Of a stretch of DNA of 64,000 nt, positions 56,530 through 64,000 are shown in pieces (positions within the stretch are counted from its first letter, which is position 1; the number at the start of each line of letters is the position of its first letter). The notes under the pieces were generated by a model. That model ran no database searches, was not told where the DNA came from, and saw only the letters and a list, made by a program, of their open reading frames with translations. The position numbers and the translations under genes were made by a program. Origin of the DNA: an uncultured Bacteroidales bacterium (GTDB lineage: Bacteria; Bacteroidota; Bacteroidia; Bacteroidales; UBA932); contig CAMGFA010000003.1 of NCBI GenBank assembly GCA_946055165.1, positions 7,786-71,785 on the forward strand. The letters run 5' to 3'.

Positions 56530-56552
56530 CTGAACCAAAACACAAATGCATT

Positions 56553-57035
56553 ATGGAATTCAATGAAGTTATTCTCAAAAGACACAGTGTAAGACACTAT
56601 ACTGGTCAGCCGGTCGAAAGGGAAATCATCGACAGGCTCATCGCGGTAGCGAAGACCGCTCCTTCATCCAAGAACTGCAAGAGTTCGGACTTTATGGTAA
56701 TCGACAACCCGGACACCATCCACGCCCTTTCGCAGATGCGCACCAGCGGCAGCAAATTTATGGAGAAAGCCCCTGCGGTCATCGTGGTGCTGGGCAACAG
56801 CGCCGAAACCGACATGTGGGTCGAAAACTCCTCAATCTCAGCCACCTTCCTTCAGCTCGCAGCAACAGCAAACGGCCTCGGAAGCTGCTGGGTGCAGGTC
56901 CGCGGCCGCGAACGGTCCAAGGACGGCTCCGTTCCCGGAACCGCAGAAGAATATGTCAAGCAGCTTCTCGGTATCGTCCCCGGTATGAGTGTCCTCTGCC
57001 TCATCGCCTTGGGTTACGAAGCTCCCGCGGAGTGA
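56553..57035 (+). CDS. Nitroreductase-family flavoprotein
   Basis: 160 aa with RHSVRHYTGQPV, TAPSSKNC and GLGSCWV, which are typical nitroreductase-fold motifs. Confidence 0.8.
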   Translation: MEFNEVILKRHSVRHYTGQPVEREIIDRLIAVAKTAPSSKNCKSSDFMVIDNPDTIHALSQMRTSGSKFMEKAPAVIVVLGNSAETDMWVENSSISATFLQLAATANGLGSCWVQVRGRERSKDGSVPGTAEEYVKQLLGIVPGMSVLCLIALGYEAPAE

Positions 57036-57097
57036 TAGATGCACTGACTTTAGTGCAAAAATCTCAAAGTCACTGCTACCATCGCATAAACGCAACT

Positions 57098-57144
57098 GTC
57101 CGGACCTATCTTGCCCTCGGAGGAGGAGCAGAATAGGCCCGGAC
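57098..57144. terminator. Hairpin between convergent genes (possible terminator)
   Basis: GTCCGGACCTAT (57098-57109) pairs with ATAGGCCCGGAC (57133-57144) at 11 of 12 positions around a 23-nt loop. Confidence 0.3.
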
Positions 57145-57161
57145 GGGTTTCTGTCAATATT

Positions 57162-57590
57162 TTACTTCACGCGGAACCAGTCCATTGTACGGCCAATGAG
57201 GCCTTTCTTGTCCAGAGAGCCGCGAACCTTGAGCACATCACCCTCGACTTTCATCGAGCAGTTGTAGGTTTTGCCGTTGCCCGGATCGTAAATCTTTCCG
57301 TCGCCATACTCGGCATTGCCCTTGTCCTTAAGGTCTATAAGAAGATTCAGACCCATAACCTCGCGTGAGCGGAGGGCCTTGTCGGGATTGTTCTCGTCGC
57401 GAAGCGGCTTGCCGTCCTGTCCGAGAGGCTCGGCAATCCACACAATTTTGCCACAGAATGCATCCCCTTTCTTGTAGATTTCAACGATGGCGCTGCCATC
57501 GTCCATCTTCCATTTGCCCAGTACATCCTGAGCAAATGCAGCTGCACCGCAAAGAGCGAGAGCTGCAAGAGTGCAGATAAATTTTTTCAT
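57162..57590 (-). CDS. DUF2147-family periplasmic protein
   Basis: 142 aa with a signal peptide. The GKW...IYKKGDAFCGKIVW...GDGKIYDPGNGKTY...L.VRG pattern is typical of DUF2147. Confidence 0.7.
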   Translation of the reverse strand: MKKFICTLAALALCGAAAFAQDVLGKWKMDDGSAIVEIYKKGDAFCGKIVWIAEPLGQDGKPLRDENNPDKALRSREVMGLNLLIDLKDKGNAEYGDGKIYDPGNGKTYNCSMKVEGDVLKVRGSLDKKGLIGRTMDWFRVK

Positions 57591-57600
57591 TTTGTGAGTA

Positions 57601-57927
57601 TTATTCCTCCGGGGAAGCCTGCTCTGTAGGAGCTACAGGGAATTCCACGTTCTGAACGTTCTCAATTTTGTCGGAAAGGTTGATTTCCGTTGATTTGCTG
57701 TTGGTAGAGAACGATGCAACGATAGAAACCACTGCAATGAAACAGATGAGACCCCAGGTGATTTTTTCAAGAAGATCTGCGGTCTGGCGTACGCCGAAAG
57801 TCTGGTTGCCGGCCACGAAGTTGCTGGCAAACCCATCTCCCTTACCGTTCTGAAGCAGTACAACCAGAATGAGCAGAATGCTTGCAAGAATGATAAGTAC
57901 AACTAAAGTAGTGAATAATGCGTTCAT
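57601..57927 (-). CDS. secG: Preprotein translocase subunit SecG
   Basis: 108 aa with two TM helices and VVLLQNGKGDG (the SecG signature LLQ.GKG). Confidence 0.85.
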   Translation of the reverse strand: MNALFTTLVVLIILASILLILVVLLQNGKGDGFASNFVAGNQTFGVRQTADLLEKITWGLICFIAVVSIVASFSTNSKSTEINLSDKIENVQNVEFPVAPTEQASPEE

Positions 57928-58487
57928 ATTTGTTTATCTATTTTGTCTATAAGGGCTGCAAAGTAAACACTTTTTTCCGGATATCGCAAACTTAGTTTCG
58001 AATAAATCTCTTTTGCCTCGGCAGGAAAACCCTGATCGAGGTAAATTTTTGCCATTTCCTCGGTGCAGATTTCGTTGGTGGAAGTCTCAACAGGGGTATA
58101 GTTGATTTCGTTCCCCTTTTCGATGGCGTTCACAAGGAAGGATGTAAAAATGTCGTCGTCCTCCCTCTTGGCAGCGGCATACTGCTCAGCGCTGAAATAG
58201 TCTCCGCCAATCACATAAACCTGCTGCGGAGCCTTCGGGGCTTTCGGGGCCTTGGCTGGAGCAGCTTTCTTCGGAGTATATTTCAAAATATCATAAATAA
58301 GCTTGCGGTTCTCAACGAAGAGGGCCTGTTCGGCATATTTTTCCTTGGTCCACGAAGCGTCCGGCAGTTTTGCCATCCTGCGGCACAACTCCACCCGGGC
58401 GCCGGCATACCAGGGGTAGATGCTCACTACTCCAGCAAGCTCGTCCATATTCAGGGAACTGAGGCTCATTGTATCCTTTTTTACCAT
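57924..58487 (-). CDS. Hypothetical protein (TPR-like C-terminus), conserved neighbour of lptE/secG in Bacteroidota
   Basis: 187 aa. The C-terminal segment AKIYLDQGFPAEAKEIYSKLSLRYPEKSVYF is TPR-like. It overlaps both neighbours by a few nt. Confidence 0.5.
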   Translation of the reverse strand: MVKKDTMSLSSLNMDELAGVVSIYPWYAGARVELCRRMAKLPDASWTKEKYAEQALFVENRKLIYDILKYTPKKAAPAKAPKAPKAPQQVYVIGGDYFSAEQYAAAKREDDDIFTSFLVNAIEKGNEINYTPVETSTNEICTEEMAKIYLDQGFPAEAKEIYSKLSLRYPEKSVYFAALIDKIDKQI

Positions 58488-58984
58488 TGCGCTACGCTTG
58501 CGTTGAAAATATCTTCCACCAGTTTTTCTATGATTTCCTCAATCAAGGTGCTCTGCACGGCATCAAGGGAATTGGAGGCATCGAAATCGGAATAGGCCGA
58601 GAAGGATTTGGAAGTGAAGTCGTCTTCCGGATGTTTTTTGTTTGTGAACGATACCTTCACGCTCACGGTGAGGCGGTTGCTCGCAGCAGTGTCTCCCGCG
58701 GTAATGGCGGCGGCCTTTACGTCGTAGCCCGTAATCTCGCCGGAAATCTCGAGGTCCCCGTCCATATCCACCTGCTCCAGGCTCGTCATCTTGCGGAACT
58801 GGCTTCGCAGCGCCTCGGTGAGGTCGTTGCTCAAGGTCGGATTCACAGTTATAGCCTTGTATTCGAAATAGTTGATGGTGATGCTCTTCACATCGCTTTG
58901 GATGGAAGTTCCCGAGAAGGAGTAAATCCCGCAGCTGCTGCAGCACAAGGCCACGCCAATGAATATGAGCAGTTTTTTAAACAT
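58481..58984 (-). CDS. lptE: LptE-like LPS-assembly lipoprotein
   Basis: The internal ATG at 58984 gives MFKKLLIFIGVALCCSSCGIYSFSG (lipobox). Size and position after the sigma-54 activator match the Bacteroidota lptE arrangement. Confidence 0.6.
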   Translation of the reverse strand: MFKKLLIFIGVALCCSSCGIYSFSGTSIQSDVKSITINYFEYKAITVNPTLSNDLTEALRSQFRKMTSLEQVDMDGDLEISGEITGYDVKAAAITAGDTAASNRLTVSVKVSFTNKKHPEDDFTSKSFSAYSDFDASNSLDAVQSTLIEEIIEKLVEDIFNASVAQW

Positions 58985-60194
58985 TCTTCTTCTGTTTTTC
59001 GAGCCATCTGTAGATGGTGCGTTCCGAAATTCCAAGTTCCTTGGCGGCATCCTTAGGCTTGCCGTTGTATTTCTCGAGAGTGCGGCGGATGAGCTCGTCG
59101 TTGTTGTTCTTGAGCGAAAGCTTCACATCCTGCACATCCTCCGGATACTCTTCCCTTTCCGGGCGGCTTTCCTGCCACTCCGCCTCCTCGAAAGCCGGAG
59201 CCTCCACCTTCGGAACAGCTGTGTGCCCGCCCTTGAGCATATCCACTTCCTTCTTGAGCGAGTTTACCTCCTGCTTCAAATCCAGCAGCACCTTTATGAT
59301 GGCCTTGAGGTTGTCCTGGCTTATGGACGATTCGCCCGATGCCCGGGCGCCGTCCTGCAGTGCCGGCAGCAGGCTGTCCTGCTCCTGCGGCAGATGCGCG
59401 GCCAGGCACTCCGTTGAAAGTTCCACCCTTTCCATTCCGGGGCTGGAAGGCCTGCTCTCCAGCACGGTGAGAGCTTCCGTAAAGTTCTTGAGCTGGCGGA
59501 TGTTGCCCGGCCAGCGGTAAGCCTTGAGCATGGCAATGGCATCGTGCTCGAGCGAAAGTTTGCAAAGATGTGTCTTCTCGGCAAAGTCCGAGCTGAACTT
59601 CCTGAACAGGAGATAGATATCGTCCTTGCGCTCCCTCAGGGGCGGCATCTGGATATTGATGGCGTTGAGGCGGTAGTACAAGTCTTCCCTGAACTTGCCT
59701 TCGGCCACCAGATGCGGCAGATTGGCGTTGGTCGCAGCCACCACCCTTACGTTTGTTTTTTCCACTTTGGACGATCCCACCTTCATGTATTCCCCGTCCT
59801 GCAGCACTCTGAGCAGCAGGGCCTGGGTGTCTTTCGGAAGTTCGCCTATTTCGTCCAGGAAGAGGGTGCCGCCGTCGGCCTCCTCAAAATAGCCCTTTCT
59901 CGTGGCGATGGCTCCGGTGAAAGAACCTTTTTCGTGGCCGAAAAGTTCGGCGTTTATGGTTCCCGAAGGGATGGCGCCGCAGTTTATTGCCAGATACGGA
60001 CCCGAGCGGCGGGTGCTGTTTTCGTGGATGATGCGGGAAATCACGTCTTTTCCCACACCGCTTTCACCACTTACCAACACTGCCAAGTCGCTGGCTGCCA
60101 CGGCCATCGCAGTCTCCAATGCCAGATTGAGCTGGGCGTTGTTGCCAATGATGTCGTAGCGGTTCTTTATTTTTTGTAAATCTACCGTATTCAT
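58977..60194 (-). CDS. Sigma-54-dependent transcriptional activator (AAA+ + C-terminal HTH, no receiver/sensor domain)
   Basis: 405 aa with Walker A GESGVGKD and the GAFTGA-like loop (EKGSFTGA). It also has an R-finger region and a C-terminal Fis-type HTH (AAKELGISERTIYRWL). Confidence 0.85.
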   Translation of the reverse strand: MNTVDLQKIKNRYDIIGNNAQLNLALETAMAVAASDLAVLVSGESGVGKDVISRIIHENSTRRSGPYLAINCGAIPSGTINAELFGHEKGSFTGAIATRKGYFEEADGGTLFLDEIGELPKDTQALLLRVLQDGEYMKVGSSKVEKTNVRVVAATNANLPHLVAEGKFREDLYYRLNAINIQMPPLRERKDDIYLLFRKFSSDFAEKTHLCKLSLEHDAIAMLKAYRWPGNIRQLKNFTEALTVLESRPSSPGMERVELSTECLAAHLPQEQDSLLPALQDGARASGESSISQDNLKAIIKVLLDLKQEVNSLKKEVDMLKGGHTAVPKVEAPAFEEAEWQESRPEREEYPEDVQDVKLSLKNNNDELIRRTLEKYNGKPKDAAKELGISERTIYRWLEKQKKNV

Positions 60195-60211
60195 TTTTTA
60201 AGCTAATCACA

Positions 60212-60219
60212 CAAAGTTA
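60212..60219 (-). promoter_or_regulatory. -7 promoter motif candidate (TAACTTTG on the minus strand) for the sigma-54 activator operon
   Basis: The plus strand reads CAAAGTTA, 17 nt upstream of the ATG at 60194. Confidence 0.4.
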
Positions 60220-60259
60220 GGAAAAAATCTTAAATTTTGTAGATGTCGGCCTTTTTTAT

Positions 60260-60267
60260 TACATTTG
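60260..60267 (+). promoter_or_regulatory. -7 promoter motif candidate TACATTTG for the redoxin operon
   Basis: It lies 45 nt upstream of the ATG at 60313. A TTTG at 60234-60237 could serve as the -33 element. Confidence 0.4.
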
Positions 60268-60312
60268 CTGCAATCGTGTACGCAATTTAAAAACGAAAAG
60301 TGTTATAATTTT

Positions 60313-60810
60313 ATGAAAATCAAATCAGTTCTCCGCTTTTTTGTAAGCGTTTCTGCATTTTTGCTTTCAATTTGTAGTTTTGCTCAGCTTCCTTCTGTCA
60401 AAATTGACAATTTGAAAGGGGAGCAGATTAATACCAACTCTCTGCTCGACGACGGCAAGCCTATGATAATATCTTTTTGGGCCTGCACCTGCAAACCTTG
60501 CATACAGGAACTCGATTCCATAAATGAGAATCTTCCCGACTGGTTGGAAGAGGCGGACTTCAAGGTTGTGGCCGTTTCCACAGACGATGCCCGATTCTCC
60601 GCAAAGGCCCGCTCCCTTGCCCAGGGACACGGCTGGGAGGATTTCGTGCAACTCTATGACAAAAATCAGGATTTTATGCGCGCCATGAACGTGAGCGTGA
60701 CACCTCAGGTTTTTGTGCTCGACGGCAAAGGCAACATAGTATATTCCCACACAGGTTATGTGCCGGGTTCTGAGCTTGAATTGTTGGATGCAATAAAAGG
60801 AATAGAATGA
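60313..60810 (+). CDS. TlpA-like periplasmic thiol-disulfide oxidoreductase (redoxin family)
   Basis: The internal ATG at 60313 gives MKIKSVLRFFVSVSAFLLSICSFAQ (signal peptide). The CxxC sits in FWACTCKPC, followed by the VTPQVFVLD cis-Pro region. Confidence 0.75.
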   Translation: MKIKSVLRFFVSVSAFLLSICSFAQLPSVKIDNLKGEQINTNSLLDDGKPMIISFWACTCKPCIQELDSINENLPDWLEEADFKVVAVSTDDARFSAKARSLAQGHGWEDFVQLYDKNQDFMRAMNVSVTPQVFVLDGKGNIVYSHTGYVPGSELELLDAIKGIE

Positions 60811-62423
60811 ACAGCGTATTCTTTATAGTTCTGGCGGCAGCTGCCGCACTGGCTCCCGGCAGCTCAAAGAGTTCTGAATCAGGCTCTTGGCTCACGGGCA
60901 GTTTCGAGAGTAACACCATTCTCTATCATCAGGACAACAAAACCTCCGCAATTGTGCCGGACAGCCATTTCGGCTCCAACAACTATCTCAAGCTCGATTA
61001 CAATAGCGGGAAATTCACCGCAGGCCTCCAACTTGAGGCCTACGAGCCTGTGCTTGTAGGATATCCTTCCGAACTTTCATCGGCTGCGCTTACCAATTAT
61101 TACGTAAGTTGGAATGATGATGATTTCGGCATTACGGCAGGCACTTTTTATGAGCAGTTCGGCAGCGGACTGCTCTTCCGCACTTGGGAGGACAGGGCTC
61201 TCGGTATGAACAACGCCCTGATGGGAGCCAGAATCACATACAATTACAAAGACATCCTCAGTGCCAAGGTTATCTATGGCCTTCCTCGCTTTGGAATGGA
61301 TATTTCCGGAACCCAGGTCAAAGGAGCTGATTTCAGTTTCTCCCCTTCGCGCCTGTTGGGGCTGAACAACATCTACCTGTCGCTCGAGGGCTCCCTGCTC
61401 AACCGCTACGAGTGGCTTTCGGCCGACTACGAACTGGACGGCTGCAAGAGCGGCACCACCGGTTTCTCCGGAAGGGTCAATTTTGAAACAGGCGGATTCT
61501 ATTTCAAAGGTGAATATGTGGATGCCGGAGAAAAATATTATTATGACCCTCTGTACGATGGCAGCGGGAATATGTACCTGAAAAAGCGCGGCAATGCCCA
61601 GCTCATTGAGACCGGTTACAATGCCAGGGGCTTGGGAATAGGCCTCAGCCTGCGCCGTCTGGAGTGGATGAGCAGCCAGAATGTCAACGGTAACCCCTCC
61701 ACCCTCAATATGCTCAACTACATCCCTGCAATGTGCACCCAGTACACCTATATGCTCACCACTCTGCACCCGTATTCTTCCCGTACCGGGGATGTGGGTG
61801 TCGGCTTTGTGAACAGCGGCGAAATGGGCGGTCAGCTGGATGTTTACTACAACTTCCGCCGCGGAACCCTTCTCGGAGGCAAGAGGGGCACGAAGGTCCA
61901 CGCCAATTTCTCCACCTACTACACCATTGCCCGGGAGGGTACTTTCCGTCCCGGAAACCTGCTTTTCAGGGACTTCAGTGCCGATATGGAGAAATACTGG
62001 AACAAGCAGTTCAAAACTATTCTGCTTTATTCCTATCAGGAATACAATCCTACCTACGGCGCCGACAACAGCACATGGAAGTCGCACATAGCTGTTGCGG
62101 ATATGCTCTACAAATTCAGCAAGAGCTTCTCCACCAGGCTTGAACTTCAGTATTTGCACACTCTTTCCGACAAAAAGGACTGGGTTGCGGCTCTTCTTGA
62201 AGTTAATTTCGCCCCACGTTGGAGTGTGTATGTGAGCGACATGTACAATCTTGGTCTCACCAAAATCAATTACTACAACGGGGGTTTCGCCTATACCAAA
62301 TCCAGAACCAGGCTCTCCCTCAGTTATGGCCGCTACAAATCAGGCTACATCTGCTCGGGTGGTGTCTGCCGCCAGATTCCGGCCTATACCGGTTTGAATC
62401 TCGCTCTTACAACTTCGTTTTAA
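60807..62423 (+). CDS. Predicted outer-membrane beta-barrel protein (DUF6029-like)
   Basis: 538 aa with a signal peptide, alternating aromatic/hydrophilic strand patterns and a C-terminal LALTTSF ending in Phe. The family name comes from memory only. Confidence 0.5.
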   Translation: MNSVFFIVLAAAAALAPGSSKSSESGSWLTGSFESNTILYHQDNKTSAIVPDSHFGSNNYLKLDYNSGKFTAGLQLEAYEPVLVGYPSELSSAALTNYYVSWNDDDFGITAGTFYEQFGSGLLFRTWEDRALGMNNALMGARITYNYKDILSAKVIYGLPRFGMDISGTQVKGADFSFSPSRLLGLNNIYLSLEGSLLNRYEWLSADYELDGCKSGTTGFSGRVNFETGGFYFKGEYVDAGEKYYYDPLYDGSGNMYLKKRGNAQLIETGYNARGLGIGLSLRRLEWMSSQNVNGNPSTLNMLNYIPAMCTQYTYMLTTLHPYSSRTGDVGVGFVNSGEMGGQLDVYYNFRRGTLLGGKRGTKVHANFSTYYTIAREGTFRPGNLLFRDFSADMEKYWNKQFKTILLYSYQEYNPTYGADNSTWKSHIAVADMLYKFSKSFSTRLELQYLHTLSDKKDWVAALLEVNFAPRWSVYVSDMYNLGLTKINYYNGGFAYTKSRTRLSLSYGRYKSGYICSGGVCRQIPAYTGLNLALTTSF

Positions 62424-63176
62424 ATGTGTATGAAACAGCTTAATCCCATTTTTGCACTTGCCGCATTGCTGCTTGCCACCAATGCCTGTGAGCAGAGTCC
62501 CGTTCAGGACCAGGACAATCCCCAGGCCCCTTATTACCTTTCGGTGGACAAGTCCGTAATCGAAGCCGACGGCAAAGAAACTGCAACTATCACCCTCAAA
62601 GATGCCACAGGCCTCGTCCTCACCGACGAAGCCCATATCAAGAACGTGAGCCTTTATGTAAAGGAAACCGATACATATTTCACCCGCAGGACAAATACTT
62701 TCACCTCCATAGACAACGGAAACTTTACAATTGAAGGAATGTATCTTGGTACACCTTGCGAGGCTCCAGTTGTGGTTACGGCCCAGAACCGTGCCAAATA
62801 CGAGGTTTTCAAAAAGAAGGTGGCCATCTACAGAAATACTGCCACCTGGTGTGTCAACTGTCCTTCGATGACAAGCGCTTTGGACAATGTTGACAATTAC
62901 ACCAAAGAGCGCTCTGCTCTTCTGTGCTTTCACGGTGACCAGTACTACGGTCTGAAGAGCAATGGCAATTTCCTTTCCGAGTACATTCTGAGTACTTTCG
63001 GCAACTGGGACGATTTCAACTTCAACTACGGACTTTATTTCTGTCTTTGCGACATTCTCGAAAGGCCCCGCCCTGATTTCGGCACCAAAGCCGCAGCGCC
63101 AAGGGATGTGGAAATCTTGTCTTGCACAGGGCCTCAGTTGAAGCCGGGCCGTTTTGGCAATGTGGTTTACCCGTAA
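62424..63176 (+). CDS. Thioredoxin-fold lipoprotein (Ig-like N-domain + CxxC), a shorter paralogue-like relative of 13507-14640; possibly C-terminally truncated
   Basis: 250 aa with lipobox LLATNAC, the Ig-like segment YLSVDKSVIEADGKETATITLKD and WCVNCP. The last roughly 50 aa look non-native (LYFCLCDILERPRPDFGTKAAAPRD...). Confidence 0.5.
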   Translation: MCMKQLNPIFALAALLLATNACEQSPVQDQDNPQAPYYLSVDKSVIEADGKETATITLKDATGLVLTDEAHIKNVSLYVKETDTYFTRRTNTFTSIDNGNFTIEGMYLGTPCEAPVVVTAQNRAKYEVFKKKVAIYRNTATWCVNCPSMTSALDNVDNYTKERSALLCFHGDQYYGLKSNGNFLSEYILSTFGNWDDFNFNYGLYFCLCDILERPRPDFGTKAAAPRDVEILSCTGPQLKPGRFGNVVYP

Positions 63177-63183
63177 AAAGCAT

Positions 63184-63191
63184 TATCTTTG
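63184..63191 (+). promoter_or_regulatory. -7 promoter motif candidate TATCTTTG
   Basis: It lies 6 nt upstream of the ATG at 63198. Confidence 0.35.
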
Positions 63192-63197
63192 CAGGCT

Positions 63198-64000
63198 ATG
63201 AAAAGAAATATACTGTACATACTGTTCGCAGGCATTCTTCTGTCCGCTTGCGCCACACCTCAGGCACAGATGAAAAAGGAACTCGGCCACATTCAGGTCA
63301 AGTGCAATCCTGAGGTTCTGGAAGTGCTCAACAACAAGATAGAAGCAAGAGTGAATATCACCTTCCCGGAGGATTATTTCGACAAACAGACGATGATGGT
63401 GTTCACCCCCGTGCTTGTTTACGAGGGTGGCCAGCGCACCGGCAAGGCCTTCATCTACCAAGGTGAGGAAATAATGGCAAACTACAAGGTCGTGCCTGTA
63501 AGGGGCATCACCCACAGCGAGCTGCTCTCCTTTGATTATCTGGCCGGAATGGAGCAGTGCCGCCTTGAATTGCGCAGCACCCTCATCTCCGGAACCAAGA
63601 AAATCACGCTGCCGGCAATCAAGGTGGCTGACGGCTGCAATGCCACCTACCGTCTGGTTCTCAACAGCGGCGAGTACAGCTTCAAGGACGACGGCTACCA
63701 GCGCGTGACCACTCTCACCACCGAGACCAGCATCATGTTCGACGTGAATTCGTCCACCGTGCGCAATACCACCCGCAACAATTCCGCCGTGCAGATGTAT
63801 AAGAGCTATCTGAGCGACCTCGACGAGAATTCCCGCTACAAAGTTACCGGCACCCAGATTGTGGCCTATGCTTCTCCGGAGGGCGGAGAGGAATACAATG
63901 CCAAACTTTCCGACAAGCGTGCCCAGGCTGCCGTGAAGACCTGGAAGGAGCTTTCCGGCGGCGACGTGGACAGCCTCGAGGTCCATAGCGTGGGCCAGGA
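63198..64000 (+). CDS. OmpA-family lipoprotein (partial, continues past the window end)
   Basis: It is absent from the track because it runs off the window. My translation is MKRNILYILFAGILLSACATPQ... with no stop to 64000. The end reads VAYASPEGGEEYNAKLSDKRAQAAV, the start of an OmpA-like domain. The minus ORF 63183-63986 is its antisense shadow. Confidence 0.75.
   Translation, partial: MKRNILYILFAGILLSACATPQAQMKKELGHIQVKCNPEVLEVLNNKIEARVNITFPEDYFDKQTMMVFTPVLVYEGGQRTGKAFIYQGEEIMANYKVVPVRGITHSELLSFDYLAGMEQCRLELRSTLISGTKKITLPAIKVADGCNATYRLVLNSGEYSFKDDGYQRVTTLTTETSIMFDVNSSTVRNTTRNNSAVQMYKSYLSDLDENSRYKVTGTQIVAYASPEGGEEYNAKLSDKRAQAAVKTWKELSGGDVDSLEVHSVGQ

Noticed and set aside
61077-62159. 360-aa minus-strand ORF
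   Set aside because: It is antisense to the predicted beta-barrel gene, which has a signal peptide and a C-terminal Phe. It is a shadow ORF.
63183-63986. 267-aa minus-strand ORF at the right edge
   Set aside because: The + strand frame from the ATG at 63198 encodes a lipoprotein signal peptide and an OmpA-like domain with no stop to the window end. The minus ORF is its shadow.
1-64000. tRNA, rRNA, tmRNA, transposase or integrase genes that could define a mobile element
   Set aside because: I saw no T-arm-like GGTTCGAATCC-type motifs in intergenic DNA and no recombinase-like ORF. I therefore did not call the repeat island or the AT-rich islet a mobile element.

Overview
This window looks like a chromosomal segment of a Bacteroidota (Bacteroidales-like) genome. 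The evidence is a SusC/SusD pair, many lipoproteins with lipobox cysteines, and TAnnTTTG (-7) promoter motifs. No rRNA, tRNA, CRISPR array, transposase or integrase was seen.

Gene content, left to right:
- topA (partial, runs off the window).
- A tightly coupled cell-wall operon: PBP1A, an alpha/beta hydrolase, a membrane-anchored MurF-like ligase, a long Ddl-like ligase and prmC.
- A DsbD-type reductase followed by two lipoproteins.
- aspS, murB, murA and a hydrolase.
- A 12.5 kb minus-strand run: cdaA, mutS2, yraN, a manC-like gene, then eight abutting lysine/DAP genes (aspartokinase-homoserine dehydrogenase fusion, dapE-like, dapB, dapA, dapD, an aminotransferase, mtnN, dapF).
- An isolated seven-gene ribosomal block, rplC to rpsC.
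- A 1.8 kb repeat-rich, almost non-coding island holding one XRE-family gene.
- A polysaccharide utilisation locus: esterase, SusC, SusD, SusE/F-like, GH27-like, GH97, a TPR/HTH membrane regulator and a SusE/F-like surface protein.
- An AT-rich islet with an orphan AAA+ ATPase.
- Envelope genes: a sigma-54 activator, lptE, secG, a TlpA-like redoxin, a beta-barrel protein, a thioredoxin-fold lipoprotein and an OmpA-family protein (partial).

Observations most worth a second look:
1. The ribosomal S10/spc superoperon is cut on both sides of rplC-rpsC.
2. The junction island at 36.2-38.0 kb carries near-identical 50-bp tandem repeat blocks in direct orientation around the XRE gene, plus several long inverted and direct repeats.
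3. The Mur-ligase/ATP-grasp pair is non-canonical.
4. An unlisted 47-codon ORF sits in front of the AT-rich surface-protein gene.
5. MurA carries Asp at the fosfomycin-target Cys position.

Everything is inferred by eye from translation and motifs. No database search or folding calculation was run.
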